NCBI GenBank assembly: GCA_965209155.1
Contig: OZ242383.1
Coordinates: 4,160,001-4,224,000, forward strand
DNA length: 64,000 nucleotides
DNA from: a bacterium
GTDB taxonomy: Bacteria; SAR324; NAC60-12
Direction: 5' to 3'
In this document: one piece after another, positions 49,699 to 59,683 of the stretch
How the letters are laid out: each line of letters begins with the position of its first letter
Numbering within the stretch: position 1 is the stretch's first letter
Position numbers and translations under genes: made by a program
The notes under the pieces: generated by a model
The model's database searches: none
Told to the model about the DNA's origin: nothing
The model's input: the letters and a program-made list of their open reading frames with translations, nothing else

Positions 49699-50120
49699 TC
49701 AGTCTTTGTTTTGTTTTTCAAGATAGCGCTGAATCTCTTCCAGAGAAATCCGTTTGAGGATCTCAACGGGCGAAAGTCCTTTCAGGCGATCATCGGCCGA
49801 AAAGCGTTTGAGGACTTCATCAGTCGAAAAGCGTTTGAGGACCTCATCGGTCGAAAGCACACCCAAATGATCACGCACATAATCTTTTTGAAAATCTTCC
49901 ATCGTATAGGCCATCTCTAATCCCTCCAATTGATAGTTCTCAAAGAGTTGATTTAATATCGTACTGATTTCCCGGGTATGCCCTCGGTATTGACGCGAGG
50001 CAAATTCCACTTCTCCGGGAATGCCACTGAATAAATGCCAAATCGCATTATGCTCCGCATGAGCGATCTCACTCAGTACAATCATCCGAATGAGATCACT
50101 CCCCCGCTGAATCTCATATG
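49699..50120 (-). pseudogene. 3' remnant of a hypothetical protein with 9-aa tandem repeats
   Basis: LSTDEVLKR-FSTDEVLKR-FSADDRLKG-LSPVEILKR repeats (27 bp); the 5' part appears lost. Confidence 0.6.
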
Positions 50121-50206
50121 AAAGCGTTCTGGCTAGAAAGTTTGGAAAAGTAGCGTTTTTTTCTTATTCAAATCGATTTTACTTTCCTTTTCGCTTGTTT
50201 CTGAAA

Positions 50207-50845
50207 ATGGCTCGTCAACCACGCCTTTACTATCCTGGCGCGCTTTAGCATGTGAATCTTCGTGGCCATGGAGGGCAAACCTTTTTTTCTGTCCTTCCTA
50301 CTATCGACAATTTTATCACTTGCTCCCAGATGGTTCCCAATGCTTTGATCACCGGATTCACGCCTTTTGCTTAATGAGCAATCGTGTTCCTCCCTACTCT
50401 CTTCCTCTTTGAAGACAGATCATTCATCAAATGGATCGAGTTTATCAACTACCGGAGAATGAATTAACCCGAGTTCGACATAAATCTTCAATAATAGGAG
50501 TATTCTGGCGTTTATGTCTTTCCGGGCGCAGACCCGAAATCCAGATTTCAGTCTGGCTGCATACCTCTGGATTCCTGGTCAAGCCAGGAATGACACGTTT
50601 TCTCTACAGTCACGAAAGTCGAGTGAAGCCCGCGCGATGATTAGCCTGTTGGCTGTCGATTGGAAGTCCGCCACTATTCGAGTAGTCGGAAAATTTTAAA
50701 TTGAGATGATTTGACGATCAGCTTTGCTATGCACCAGTTGCGACAACGATTGAAGGAATCCGAGGGTCTCCAAATTCAATTAGAGGAACTAAAACGTCAA
50801 ATACTTGCTTGAAGTTTCAAACTTTCAGGCCTGACTCCTTTTTTT
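50207..50845 (+). pseudogene. Y1/HUH (RAYT-like) transposase remnant with C-terminal HTH, interrupted by a REP doublet
   Basis: MARQPRLYYPGAL*HVNLRG (TAG at 50246), RIHAFCLMSN, C-terminal SEARAMISLLAVDWKSATI...LEELKRQILA, ending in CAGGCCTGACTCC. Confidence 0.75.
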
Positions 50846-51033
50846 TCACTCCTATAAAGAATTTCATAAGGTGAAGTAGATGTCTGGCCTATGTAGTTCT
50901 GAAAACCGCCGTTATAGCCCATGTAAAAATTCCCGTCCAAATCGCTTGAGTAACCGGGGCGACTGTCTTTCTCAACTCGCTTTTGGTTGTCTACAAAATC
51001 GGACTGTATTTTTATTTCTCGTTTCTTCGCCAT
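50797..51033 (-). CDS. Small hypothetical protein; 3' end runs into the transposase remnant
   Basis: 78-aa ORF with a purine-rich RBS. Confidence 0.45.
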   Translation of the reverse strand: MAKKREIKIQSDFVDNQKRVEKDSRPGYSSDLDGNFYMGYNGGFQNYIGQTSTSPYEILYRSEKKGVRPESLKLQASI

Positions 51034-51068
51034 AACACTTTCCCTTTCAATCAGAAAATAAATCTAAA

Positions 51069-51791
51069 TCAATTCTCTTTCATAGCTTTCCAACGCTTAA
51101 AAACAAAATCCACCATAAATTTATGAATCTCATATCCTCCATAATAATCATCTCTTAATTTTTGTACCATCGCAACATTAGGAGTCACAAAATTAGAAAG
51201 GTATAACTCATCAAAACGATCCAAATTTATACGATCCACAACAACTTTAATGATAGTATGTTGTTGATTGGACCCTGATAATAACACTAATTGATCATAA
51301 CCATAAGAATCTCTTCTAATATCAAAGCTAATAAAATCCAAAGAGATTAATTCTTCTTCACGTACTAAACTGATAAGTTCCTTCCACTCTCGATCATAAT
51401 AATATGCCCCTAATCCACAACGCTTATTCACATTATCACTCCATCGAGCCACTATTATCACTCTTGAATCATCAGGATATTTTTTCTCTTCGTAAAACCT
51501 TGAATGATAACCCATTATAGGTTGACCAGAAACATCATATTCCTCAATCTGTATCACGCAACCTTCAGGAAAAACTCGCTCAATTTTTTCAAAAAAAGTT
51601 AACTCCATATCAGGTTCAATTTCTGCCTCGACCACCTCAGGTAATACAGGAACTACCACTGAATCTTTGACAGTAGGAATTTGCTGAATACCATCATCCA
51701 CTTGAACACCAGCAACCGGAGCAGTCTCTTGAACCGGCATCGCACAACCAAACAAAAAGACCACTACAAATAACAAATAAAAAATTCTCAT
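51069..51791 (-). CDS. Putative lipoprotein, unknown function
   Basis: Signal peptide with lipobox LFGC; AGGAG RBS; AT-rich. Confidence 0.75.
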   Translation of the reverse strand: MRIFYLLFVVVFLFGCAMPVQETAPVAGVQVDDGIQQIPTVKDSVVVPVLPEVVEAEIEPDMELTFFEKIERVFPEGCVIQIEEYDVSGQPIMGYHSRFYEEKKYPDDSRVIIVARWSDNVNKRCGLGAYYYDREWKELISLVREEELISLDFISFDIRRDSYGYDQLVLLSGSNQQHTIIKVVVDRINLDRFDELYLSNFVTPNVAMVQKLRDDYYGGYEIHKFMVDFVFKRWKAMKEN

Positions 51792-51842
51792 AAAACTCCT
51801 GTTATCGTACCATTAATAAAAAGGGATTTGTAGGCCATGTGA

Positions 51843-52190
51843 TCAATCATCAATAAACTCCCAACAAGTTGTGTTCGTTACTGCTTCAAATACATCACAA
51901 GCAAGTATTCTTGATGAACCGCCTTTATCATCTTCAATACTTAAATGATACTCTTCTCCATTCTTACATTTAACTGCAATATATAATGCAGCAGTATTCC
52001 AATCAATCCTTCTTATAAAATATTTCGTTACTGCACAAGAGACCCCAGACGCTGGACTAGCGAGCATAGTTAGAAATCGAATTTATTCTTTTTCGCTATC
52101 TCCATAAATTTGATAAAACCAGCGATTTGCATGAATTTGAGAAAACGATAATAAAATTGAAATCAACAGATAACAAATAATCTTTTTCAT
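51843..52190 (-). pseudogene. Secreted Cys-containing small protein with premature stop
   Basis: ATG at 52190 (MKKIICYLLISILLSFSQIHA) is in frame with ORF 51843-52067 across one TAA. Confidence 0.6.
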
Positions 52191-52202
52191 AACACATTCT
52201 AA

Positions 52203-52757
52203 AGGAACTGAAACGTCCAATACCTACTTGAAGTTTCAAACTTTCAGGCCTGACTCCTTTTTCATTATCACCGGATTCACGCTTTTTACTTAATGAGCAA
52301 TCATGTTCCTCCCTGCTCTCTTCCTCTTTGAGGACGGATCATTCATCAAGAGGCTCGAGTTTATCAACTACCGGAGAATGAATTAACCCGAGTTCGACAT
52401 AAATCTTCAATAATAGGAGTATCCTGGCGTTTATGTCATTCCGGGCGAAGACCCGGAATCCAGGTTTCAGTCTGGCTGCATACCTCTGGATTCCTGGTCA
52501 AGCCTGGAATGACACGTTTTCTCTGCAGTCACGAAAGTCGAGTGAAGCCCGCGCGATGATTGACCTGTTGGCATTCGATTGGAAGTCCGCAACAATTCGG
52601 GAGGTCGGAAACGTTTTCAATCGAGATGATTAAACGATTAGGTTTGGAGTGCACCGCTTGAGACCACGATTGAAGGAATCCGAAAGTCTCCAAATTCAAT
52701 TAGAGGAACTGAAACATCAAATACTTGCTTGAAGTTCCAAACTTTCAAACCAGACCT
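52203..52757 (+). repeat. Second copy of the Y1-transposase remnant (short 3' piece 52203-52260, then duplicate of ~50348-50838)
   Basis: Direct similarity including the internal REP doublet. Confidence 0.88.
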
Positions 52758-52913
52758 TGGTACTCACCAATCCCCGCGATATCTGACCGGGTGGAACGAT
52801 ATTCCTTCATCCGGCATTATTTCCAATTTATTTAAATGTTCCTATTATTGAATCAGTCTTTTTATCATAGACCTCAATTGTAGTTGCCAAAATAAACATT
52901 CTGAAATTTTCAT

Positions 52914-53253
52914 CTAATTCACTTCACCTGATAAAATAATTATACAATCATTACTACTGAATAGTCCTGAACGGCAATTTTTATTAAAATAATCCATAAA
53001 ATTTTTTCGGCCAATTCGGCTTAATATATCGGCACTTGCTCGAAGTGTATATCCATCAGATTGTACATCAAAATAATCATTTACTGATAATTTATCAGCA
53101 AAATAACTTGTTGTTCCTGCAAATTTAATCTCGTATCCTATTGACGCAAAATCAAAGGTATAGTCCTTTAATGTGGTTCTAAAAGGTTCGGCTTGAATAA
53201 TATTTACAAAAATTAAACCGATTAAAATATTTAAAGACAAATAAACGTTTCAT
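52914..53253 (-). pseudogene. Hypothetical secreted protein, frameshifted near the start
   Basis: ATG at 53253 with GGAG RBS is out of frame with the hydrophobic leader of ORF 52914-53240. Confidence 0.45.
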
Positions 53254-53304
53254 ATTGTATTCTCCATATTGAAGGTATTTCAAAATCGATCCAAAATTAT
53301 CAAT

Positions 53305-53655
53305 TCAAACTGAGATTGATTCTTTTTTTTTCTTAGGTTCAATTATTGCCAGGACACCACCTATAAAAGCTAAAACCATAAAAATCGCTACTATCGTACC
53401 ACCTAAAATTGCACCTACAATCGCACAAAGACATGTTATAATTCCCGGGATTCGGCTGTTTGAAGTTAAAGTAATTGCTCCCATAACTATGGTAAGAAAA
53501 GAAAAGAGAACTCCACCCCAGCCGAGACCGATTACTGTATTCGCCCCTTCCGCTTGAAAGGCACCGCCTATTCCACCTATGAATAAAGTTGCACCGGCAG
53601 CAAATACACTGAAAATACCTGCAATTATTGCAATAATTCCTCCTGCTTTTCTCAT
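53305..53655 (-). CDS. Small Gly-rich membrane protein (3-4 transmembrane segments)
   Basis: 116 aa hydrophobic ORF with AGGAG RBS. Confidence 0.78.
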   Translation of the reverse strand: MRKAGGIIAIIAGIFSVFAAGATLFIGGIGGAFQAEGANTVIGLGWGGVLFSFLTIVMGAITLTSNSRIPGIITCLCAIVGAILGGTIVAIFMVLAFIGGVLAIIEPKKKKESISV

Positions 53656-53725
53656 ATCATCTCCTTTCTGTTATTTTTGCGTCAATAGAATCCATTCGAT
53701 TCTGCCAGAAGTTCTACTTCACGAA

Positions 53726-54022
53726 TTATTTTCTCCTTTTGAAATCTTCTTTGATGACCCGGAACACGTATCTCATCTCGTCCTCAGACTTTTTCCCGAA
53801 ACGTTTTGCCATCCTGTAACCGAGATTAGTCCACGTCAATTTTTTTAATGCCAGTTTCCCAATTTCTTTTTTATTTAAAATTAGATTATTCCAAGAAAAA
53901 ATAAAATTTTCTAAATGCTTATTAGTTGGATTTTTGTTCGTAACATCCTTTACAAACTCTTTATCCAAAGCCAAGCGTTCCAGTTCAGCCAACACTTGCA
54001 GGTGAGTCACTTCTCGATTCAA
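53726..54022 (-). CDS. Small hypothetical protein, LTWxxLGYxM family
   Basis: 98 aa with AGAGG RBS and TTG start; shares the motif with 54960-55220 and 55220-55486. Confidence 0.65.
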   Translation of the reverse strand: MNREVTHLQVLAELERLALDKEFVKDVTNKNPTNKHLENFIFSWNNLILNKKEIGKLALKKLTWTNLGYRMAKRFGKKSEDEMRYVFRVIKEDFKRRK

Positions 54023-54034
54023 TTTGACCTCTTT

Positions 54035-54526
54035 TCACAATTCATTTTTTACTATTTCCTGAATAATTTTTTTAAATCTCTTAAATTCAATCTTTAATTC
54101 TTGTATAGTTTTATCTAATTCAACCATGTTCTTTCTGGAATTCATTTTAAATTCTTCATACGTCATATCAGGATCATATGTAGGTGATAATCGGACACTA
54201 ATAAAAAGAAGAACAAATGAACAAATAAAAACAACAAATGCTCGCTTTCGAGTTGGCAAGTACAAACGAGAAATGGGGTACAACATACAAATAAACGATA
54301 TTATACTAATGATCATAAAGACAAATACTAAAATAATACTTATTTCTTCCATTGTAGGTGGTAATTGGACACTAATAAAAAAAAGAACAAATGAACAAAT
54401 AAAAACAACAAATGCCCGCTTTCGAGTTGGCAAGTACAAACGAGAAATGGGGTACAACATACAAATAAACGATATTATACCAATGATCATACAGACAAAT
54501 ACTAAAATAATGCTTATTTCTTCCAT
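54035..54526 (-). CDS. Membrane protein with tandem 58-aa duplication
   Basis: MEEISIILVF...LYPISRLYLPTRKRAFVVF...PT occurs twice (174-bp unit). Confidence 0.72.
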   Translation of the reverse strand: MEEISIILVFVCMIIGIISFICMLYPISRLYLPTRKRAFVVFICSFVLFFISVQLPPTMEEISIILVFVFMIISIISFICMLYPISRLYLPTRKRAFVVFICSFVLLFISVRLSPTYDPDMTYEEFKMNSRKNMVELDKTIQELKIEFKRFKKIIQEIVKNEL

Positions 54527-54959
54527 AAATTACCTGTTTTTATTACAACCTAAATTGAGCGATTCTTTTCAAGAAATGGATTTTTCAGATGATTATTGTG
54601 CCCAAGGAATCGAATCATTGAGATATAAGCATTTGATCATCAAATTCATGGAAGTTCGGGTCAGAATGGATCTCAAGTTGATGTTTTCGGCTGTGGGGAA
54701 ACTTCATTTCTCATGCTATGCACACACTCATCCTCAGCCAGGCGTTCCAGTTCAGCCAACACTTGCAGGTGAGTCACTTTTCGATGCATTTTGACCTCTT
54801 TTCACAATTCATTTATTAGTATTTCCTGAATAATCTTTGCTTCACGGCATTCTTTATCTCGTGTTACTTCTTCCAAGCGCTTTAATTCTTTTATCGTGGA
54901 GACAGCGAAAATGACTTATTTCCCGGTGAATTTGAATTCCGTTCTTTTCAGGTATATAT

Positions 54960-55220
54960 TCATGATTTATCTGAATATTCATCAGCCAGGATGCGATAGG
55001 CATAGTCAATGTCTTCCGGATCTTGAGTTTTAAAATACCTGCCCATTTCGTAACCCAGACTGATCCACGTAATATAATTTAAATCAACCGTATCCAATCT
55101 TTTCCCTTTCCAGCCATCACGGAATGCTGATTGTTTATCCTCCGTAGGTGGCTCACGATTATCGGCAAATTTTTCCTCTTGTAATTCCCGAAGACGATTT
55201 AATACATTTTGATATCTCAT
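54960..55220 (-). CDS. Small hypothetical protein, LTWxxLGYxM family
   Basis: 86 aa, close paralogue of the adjacent gene with overlapping stop/start. Confidence 0.75.
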   Translation of the reverse strand: MRYQNVLNRLRELQEEKFADNREPPTEDKQSAFRDGWKGKRLDTVDLNYITWISLGYEMGRYFKTQDPEDIDYAYRILADEYSDKS

Positions 55221-55486
55221 TATTCCCTATTATTTTTTGAATATTCATCAGCCAGGATGCGATAGACATAGTCAATATCTTCCGGATCTTGAGTTTTAAA
55301 ATACTTGCCCATTTCGTAACCCAGACTTTTCCACGTGAGGTTATTCGGATTTAATCTTGATATTCCTTTTCCAAACCATGCTTGTCGAAATGCTGATTGT
55401 TTATGCTCCGTAGGTGGCTCACGCTTTTCGACAGGCTTTTCCTCTTTTAATTCCTGAAGACGATTTAAGATTTCTGAATATTTCAT
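55220..55486 (-). CDS. Small hypothetical protein, LTWxxLGYxM family
   Basis: 88 aa with AAGGAG RBS. Confidence 0.78.
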   Translation of the reverse strand: MKYSEILNRLQELKEEKPVEKREPPTEHKQSAFRQAWFGKGISRLNPNNLTWKSLGYEMGKYFKTQDPEDIDYVYRILADEYSKNNRE

Positions 55487-55642
55487 AATTCTCCTTTATC
55501 TTTAAGATTTTTCCTTAGGATTTTAAGCAGATATAAAACGTTTTGATATCTGCTTGGTACTCCTTAGAATTAAGATTTGAATATAAAAAAACACTTGAAA
55601 AAATTTGCAAAAGGAGATTGAGCTGGGTTAGTATTTTTGATT

Positions 55643-55749
55643 GCCGAAAGGAGGATATAAAAAAAGCCCGTCTTCCCTCATGGGAAAATTCTTGAAAAAC
55701 ATTGCCGTGTTTCTCAAGGATATGATGGGTGTCCTGCTCCTCCTTTGGC
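55643..55749 (+). ncRNA. Candidate structured small RNA, copy A
   Basis: Promoter TTGCAA(55605)-N18-TAGTAT(55629); closing stem GCC(G)AAAGGAGGA/CTCCTCCTTTGGC. Confidence 0.55.
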
Positions 55750-55891
55750 CTTCTTGCTTTCCTGTCATTTCCTCCCTTTCATCGATGACCGGGCGGCCAA
55801 CTCACTGGGTCTTTCCCTTTTTACCAGGTTATCGATGACGCCAGCAAACTTGGTTTCCGTGTTGGTGAACCTTTTGTTAAGGAAAAAGAAG

Positions 55892-56107
55892 TTAAGAAAT
55901 CTGGTTCAATTTATCTTTCAGATCCGATACCTGTTCCGATGAAATTGGAATTGAAAATTCCCCATAAGGAATATTTGACATGGGTACAGGATGAGAGAGT
56001 GGCTTCCTGGGCCGAATCAAAAGCATTTTAGAATTTTCTTCATCTTCTTTAATACTGACATCTGCTTCAAATTTAACATTCAACGTTACTTGTGAATTTT
56101 TATCCAT
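55892..56107 (-). CDS. Small hypothetical protein
   Basis: 71-aa ORF with ATG start, co-oriented with the array. Confidence 0.5.
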   Translation of the reverse strand: MDKNSQVTLNVKFEADVSIKEDEENSKMLLIRPRKPLSHPVPMSNIPYGEFSIPISSEQVSDLKDKLNQIS

Positions 56108-56165
56108 ATTTATCTTCTTTTTTTTTGAAATCGATATTGATTAATTTTTCTCTGTACTTTTGAAG

Positions 56166-56390
56166 GAGTTGAGTAAAACCCGCACGATGATTGGCTCGTT
56201 GGCTTTCGATTGGAAGTCCGCAACGATTTGGGAGATCAAAAAATTTGCAATCGAGATGATTCTATGATCAGCATTGGAATTCGTCGGTTGAGACCAAGAT
56301 TGAAGGAATCCGAGGGTCTCCAATTTCAATTAGAGAAACTGAAACGTCAAATACTTGCTTGAAGTTTCAAACTTTCTGGCCTGCCCCCTT
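56166..56390 (+). repeat. Third copy of the Y1-transposase 3' remnant
   Basis: Matches ~50615-50840 (GATTGGAAGTCCGC...GAAGTTTCAAACTTTC). Confidence 0.85.
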
Positions 56391-56413
56391 TTCAATATGA
56401 AAACTAAAGAGAT

Positions 56414-57103
56414 TTAAAGACCTGTAATGAATAGAATGAAATAACCATCATATTTAATTAATTTTTCAATTCCATAAGTAGGGATGCCTATAGTAAAATC
56501 AGAACGAACCTCCATAGAATTTGTTTGAGTAGGAACGTCATTAATATAAACACCAAAATAACCGATTGATAGAGGTCTTTCATACGGAATTATTTTGAAT
56601 CGGATTTTAAAATCTGATAATTGAATAAATGATGCAGCAGATGATTCAAAAAAACTTTCCATTTTCACACGTAGTTCGGGGGGGAAATGTAAACCTAGCG
56701 TCCTAACGCCTTCATCATTAGGGAAATAAGTAATATTAATTATTTCTTCATCAACATATTTACCATCCCTTTCTTTATCTAAAAAAGCGGGAATCGAAAA
56801 AGAGACCATATGTTTAAATAGTCCTTTTTCTTCACATCCTAAATATTCTGCCCCTTTGAAAATAAAAGGAATTTTTGCTTGTAATTCAAAAACTGTATCT
56901 TCTGGCAAATTACTTTTGCTCTTAGTACATCCCTGAACTTCAATATTCATAATTCCATTAACCTCTATCGGATCTGTCCCTTCTTTAGCAAAATTAGCGA
57001 GGTCGATTTCCATAAATAAATCTAGATCACAACCTGAAATCAAAACTACAATTAATAACAAACCCAATATGCTGAAAATTGACTTTTTCATATCAAACTC
57101 CAA
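56414..57103 (-). CDS. Putative lipoprotein (paralogue of 57458-58111)
   Basis: Lipobox ISGC; shared GxxxxEVxxC, FKxAxYxxC and FPP motifs. Start may be MKKSIF at 57091. Confidence 0.78.
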   Translation of the reverse strand: MEFDMKKSIFSILGLLLIVVLISGCDLDLFMEIDLANFAKEGTDPIEVNGIMNIEVQGCTKSKSNLPEDTVFELQAKIPFIFKGAEYLGCEEKGLFKHMVSFSIPAFLDKERDGKYVDEEIINITYFPNDEGVRTLGLHFPPELRVKMESFFESSAASFIQLSDFKIRFKIIPYERPLSIGYFGVYINDVPTQTNSMEVRSDFTIGIPTYGIEKLIKYDGYFILFITGL

Positions 57104-57170
57104 ATATAATTTATCAAATAATACTTAAAAAGTTTGCAAAACAGGATTGACAGGGTTAGTATTTTTGGTT

Positions 57171-57275
57171 GCCAAAGGAGGAAATAAAAAAGCCCGTCCT
57201 CCCTCTTTGGGAATTTCTTGAAAAACATTGCCGTGTTTCTCAAGGATATGATGGGTGTCCTGCTCCTCCTTTGGC
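57171..57275 (+). ncRNA. Candidate structured small RNA, copy B
   Basis: Promoter TTGCAA(57134)-N17-TAGTAT(57157); multi-stem fold. Confidence 0.55.
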
Positions 57276-57457
57276 CTTCTTGCTATCCTGTCATTTCCTT
57301 CCTTTCCTTAAAGACCGGGCGGTAAACTCACCGTGTCTTTCCCTGTTTACCAGGTTATCGATGTTGCCAGCAAACTTGGCTTCCATCTTTGTAAATCTTT
57401 CGCAATCTCTTCCGCTTTCCGATGAATCATTTCAGAAATTTTCTGTCATTGAAATTG

Positions 57458-58111
57458 TTAAAAATTGTATGATTGAGTACTGAATACGACAAATTCCTTC
57501 ATTTCATTTGATAACAAAACCCTTGTCCCGTAATGGGGTATTCTTACAGAGAACTCAGAATTCAGTGTAGTATCTATAAATTGGTATGGTTTATCATTCA
57601 AATACACTCCCATTCCTTTTACATTCAATGGAGTCAAATCGGGTAAGATTTGGAATTTTATATTAATATCATCCATTTTTATTTCATCAGACGCAGATAT
57701 TAACAAATTCAATTTCCCTTTTAATCCTGGAGGAAATGAAAAAATTAATTCTCTTTCACCATTTTCAAGTTTAAAATATTCTAAATTTGATATTTCATCA
57801 TCCACTGGTTTGTCATTGTCATTATTATCAATATAAACTGGAATTTCAAATAACAAGTAATAGTCAAAACCCGAACGATCACAATCCTCATATTTTGCCC
57901 ATTTGAAGACATAAAGTAATTGTTCTTTTAATTTACTGACATCATCACTATCACACACATTAACTTCCACTGCCAATCGACCTTTTATAAGAGTTGATTT
58001 ACCATCATCAGTAAATAGATTGAGATTAACTGGTATATCAATAAAAATATCACAACTGGCTATAACTAAAGATATTACTAGTAATTTTATACAACAAACA
58101 ATCTTCCTCAT
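57458..58111 (-). CDS. Putative lipoprotein
   Basis: Start MRKIVCC with GGAG RBS; lipobox IASC. Confidence 0.78.
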   Translation of the reverse strand: MRKIVCCIKLLVISLVIASCDIFIDIPVNLNLFTDDGKSTLIKGRLAVEVNVCDSDDVSKLKEQLLYVFKWAKYEDCDRSGFDYYLLFEIPVYIDNNDNDKPVDDEISNLEYFKLENGERELIFSFPPGLKGKLNLLISASDEIKMDDINIKFQILPDLTPLNVKGMGVYLNDKPYQFIDTTLNSEFSVRIPHYGTRVLLSNEMKEFVVFSTQSYNF

Positions 58112-58306
58112 AAGACATTCTCCATGAAAATAATTGCAAATGAATATGGTCAGCATAGTAAAAATTGAAATTGTTCTTGAAGCTATTCAATTTGAAGAAA
58201 AAATTATTTTTGGCTGAGCTGCTTGAAATCGGATTCGCCCAACGTTTAGCTTCAATTGTTTTTTTTTGGAAAAATCCCCAGCTCAATCAACAAACTATCA
58301 TCTCCT

Positions 58307-59359
58307 CTAAGACGAATGCATTTGCCAAGCAAGCATCAACTGCAATGCGCGCTTCTGCAAAACCGGATCTTTAGGAGCTTTTATCCTTCCTTCAGAATCA
58401 AATACAATTCCTAATGATGGATATTGAAAAAATCTCTCCAAATCTGGATCAAAATCAGGCTTAAGATCGCCTTTATAACCATCCCACAGGACCAAAGGCG
58501 GTAGATCCGCGTTCAATTCAAGCTCCGTCCACATGGGCGAGTGATCGCTCACCCCCGACTTCCGGTATTTGTGGCAGTAACCGCAGGCTTTGAGATCGAA
58601 ATGTCTCGATACGAAAGTGTGGTCGTAACATTTCGGAGAGCCTTTTGTGACGTGGGTGACTGGGGTTCTGGCAAAACCGTGGAGAGCGCGATAGGCGTCG
58701 CGCAGACCATGCCGTGATGCGCCGGCGAGGACGGAACGCACAGGGTCGTCCCATTCCTTACCCGAACCCCTGCGACCGTAACCGTCTGCCCATTCTTTGC
58801 AAAGGTATGGGACCCCATTTTTGTCTATATTTTCGCCCCAAGTCACAACCTGTCCGGAACTGCGAAATTCTCGCGGCTCATTGAAATCACCGGTCAGGAT
58901 TCGTGGCGAGTCGTTCCCCTCGCGAAGCGCCGCCAACAAGACGTTGAAGGTGTCGATTTTCGACCAGCCATTGCCGGAACCATTGGGGATGTGGACCGTG
59001 AAGAGCTCGACGTCTCCCTCCGGTAGTTCGATCATCGCTCGCCCCAGTATCTCCGGGTAAGGCGCACCCTTGCGCCATGTATCGTCGACAGGACTTAATG
59101 GCCACTTGCTCGCGATGAGACATTGATATTTCTTCTTATACTTAATCAGCCATTTTGGATTATCAGGCGCATCTTTGCCGCTGTTCAAGGAGTGTTTGAG
59201 TCCAAGTCCGGCGAGGCACTTCGCCATCTCATCCGCGAGCTCCGACTTGACCTCCTGCAATGTGACCAGGTCCGGCTTTACGGCGCCAATGGCTTTAACA
59301 ACCAGATGTAAGTTTTTAGGCAAGGTATTAAATTTAACGTTCCAGGAAAGTAGTCTCAT
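58307..59359 (-). CDS. Endonuclease/exonuclease/phosphatase (EEP) family protein
   Basis: LSWNV, DLVTLQEV, VHIPNG, LTGDFN, YDH and SDHSP motifs. Confidence 0.9.
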   Translation of the reverse strand: MRLLSWNVKFNTLPKNLHLVVKAIGAVKPDLVTLQEVKSELADEMAKCLAGLGLKHSLNSGKDAPDNPKWLIKYKKKYQCLIASKWPLSPVDDTWRKGAPYPEILGRAMIELPEGDVELFTVHIPNGSGNGWSKIDTFNVLLAALREGNDSPRILTGDFNEPREFRSSGQVVTWGENIDKNGVPYLCKEWADGYGRRGSGKEWDDPVRSVLAGASRHGLRDAYRALHGFARTPVTHVTKGSPKCYDHTFVSRHFDLKACGYCHKYRKSGVSDHSPMWTELELNADLPPLVLWDGYKGDLKPDFDPDLERFFQYPSLGIVFDSEGRIKAPKDPVLQKRALQLMLAWQMHSS

Positions 59360-59563
59360 GAAAGGCTCACGTGCTTATCCAGTGAAATTCCATGGCTGTT
59401 TGTATGCAAAGAATTCAGGGTTCCCATCCAATCATCGATACGATATTCTCCCGCCAATACAGGCGAGGGATTCTTTTTTCTCATCACTTAGCGACCTTTC
59501 TTGCAACTCGGAAAACTATAAAAAGTTTGCAAAACAGGATTGAGAGGGTTAGTATTCTTGGTT

Positions 59564-59668
59564 GCCAAAGGAGGAAATAAAAAAGCCCGTCCTCCCTCAT
59601 GGGGAAATTCTTGAAAAACATTGCCGTGTTTCTCAAGGATATGATGGGTGTGCTGCTCCTCCTTTGGC
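59564..59668 (+). ncRNA. Candidate structured small RNA, copy C
   Basis: Promoter TTGCAA(59527)-N17-TAGTAT(59550); multi-stem fold. Confidence 0.55.
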
Positions 59669-59683
59669 CTTCCTATTATCCTG

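Noticed and set aside
57169..57483. Repeated plus-strand ORFs MPKEEIKKPVLP (also 59562-59858 and 55641-55838)
   Set aside because: TTG starts lack an upstream RBS, the frame is broken in copy A, and conservation fits RNA pairing better than coding; a leaderless peptide cannot be fully excluded.
50797..59359. Classical integron cassette array
   Set aside because: No tyrosine integrase is present and I could not find RYYYAAC...GTTRRRY attC structures after the genes; the GTTATG before two start codons is insufficient.
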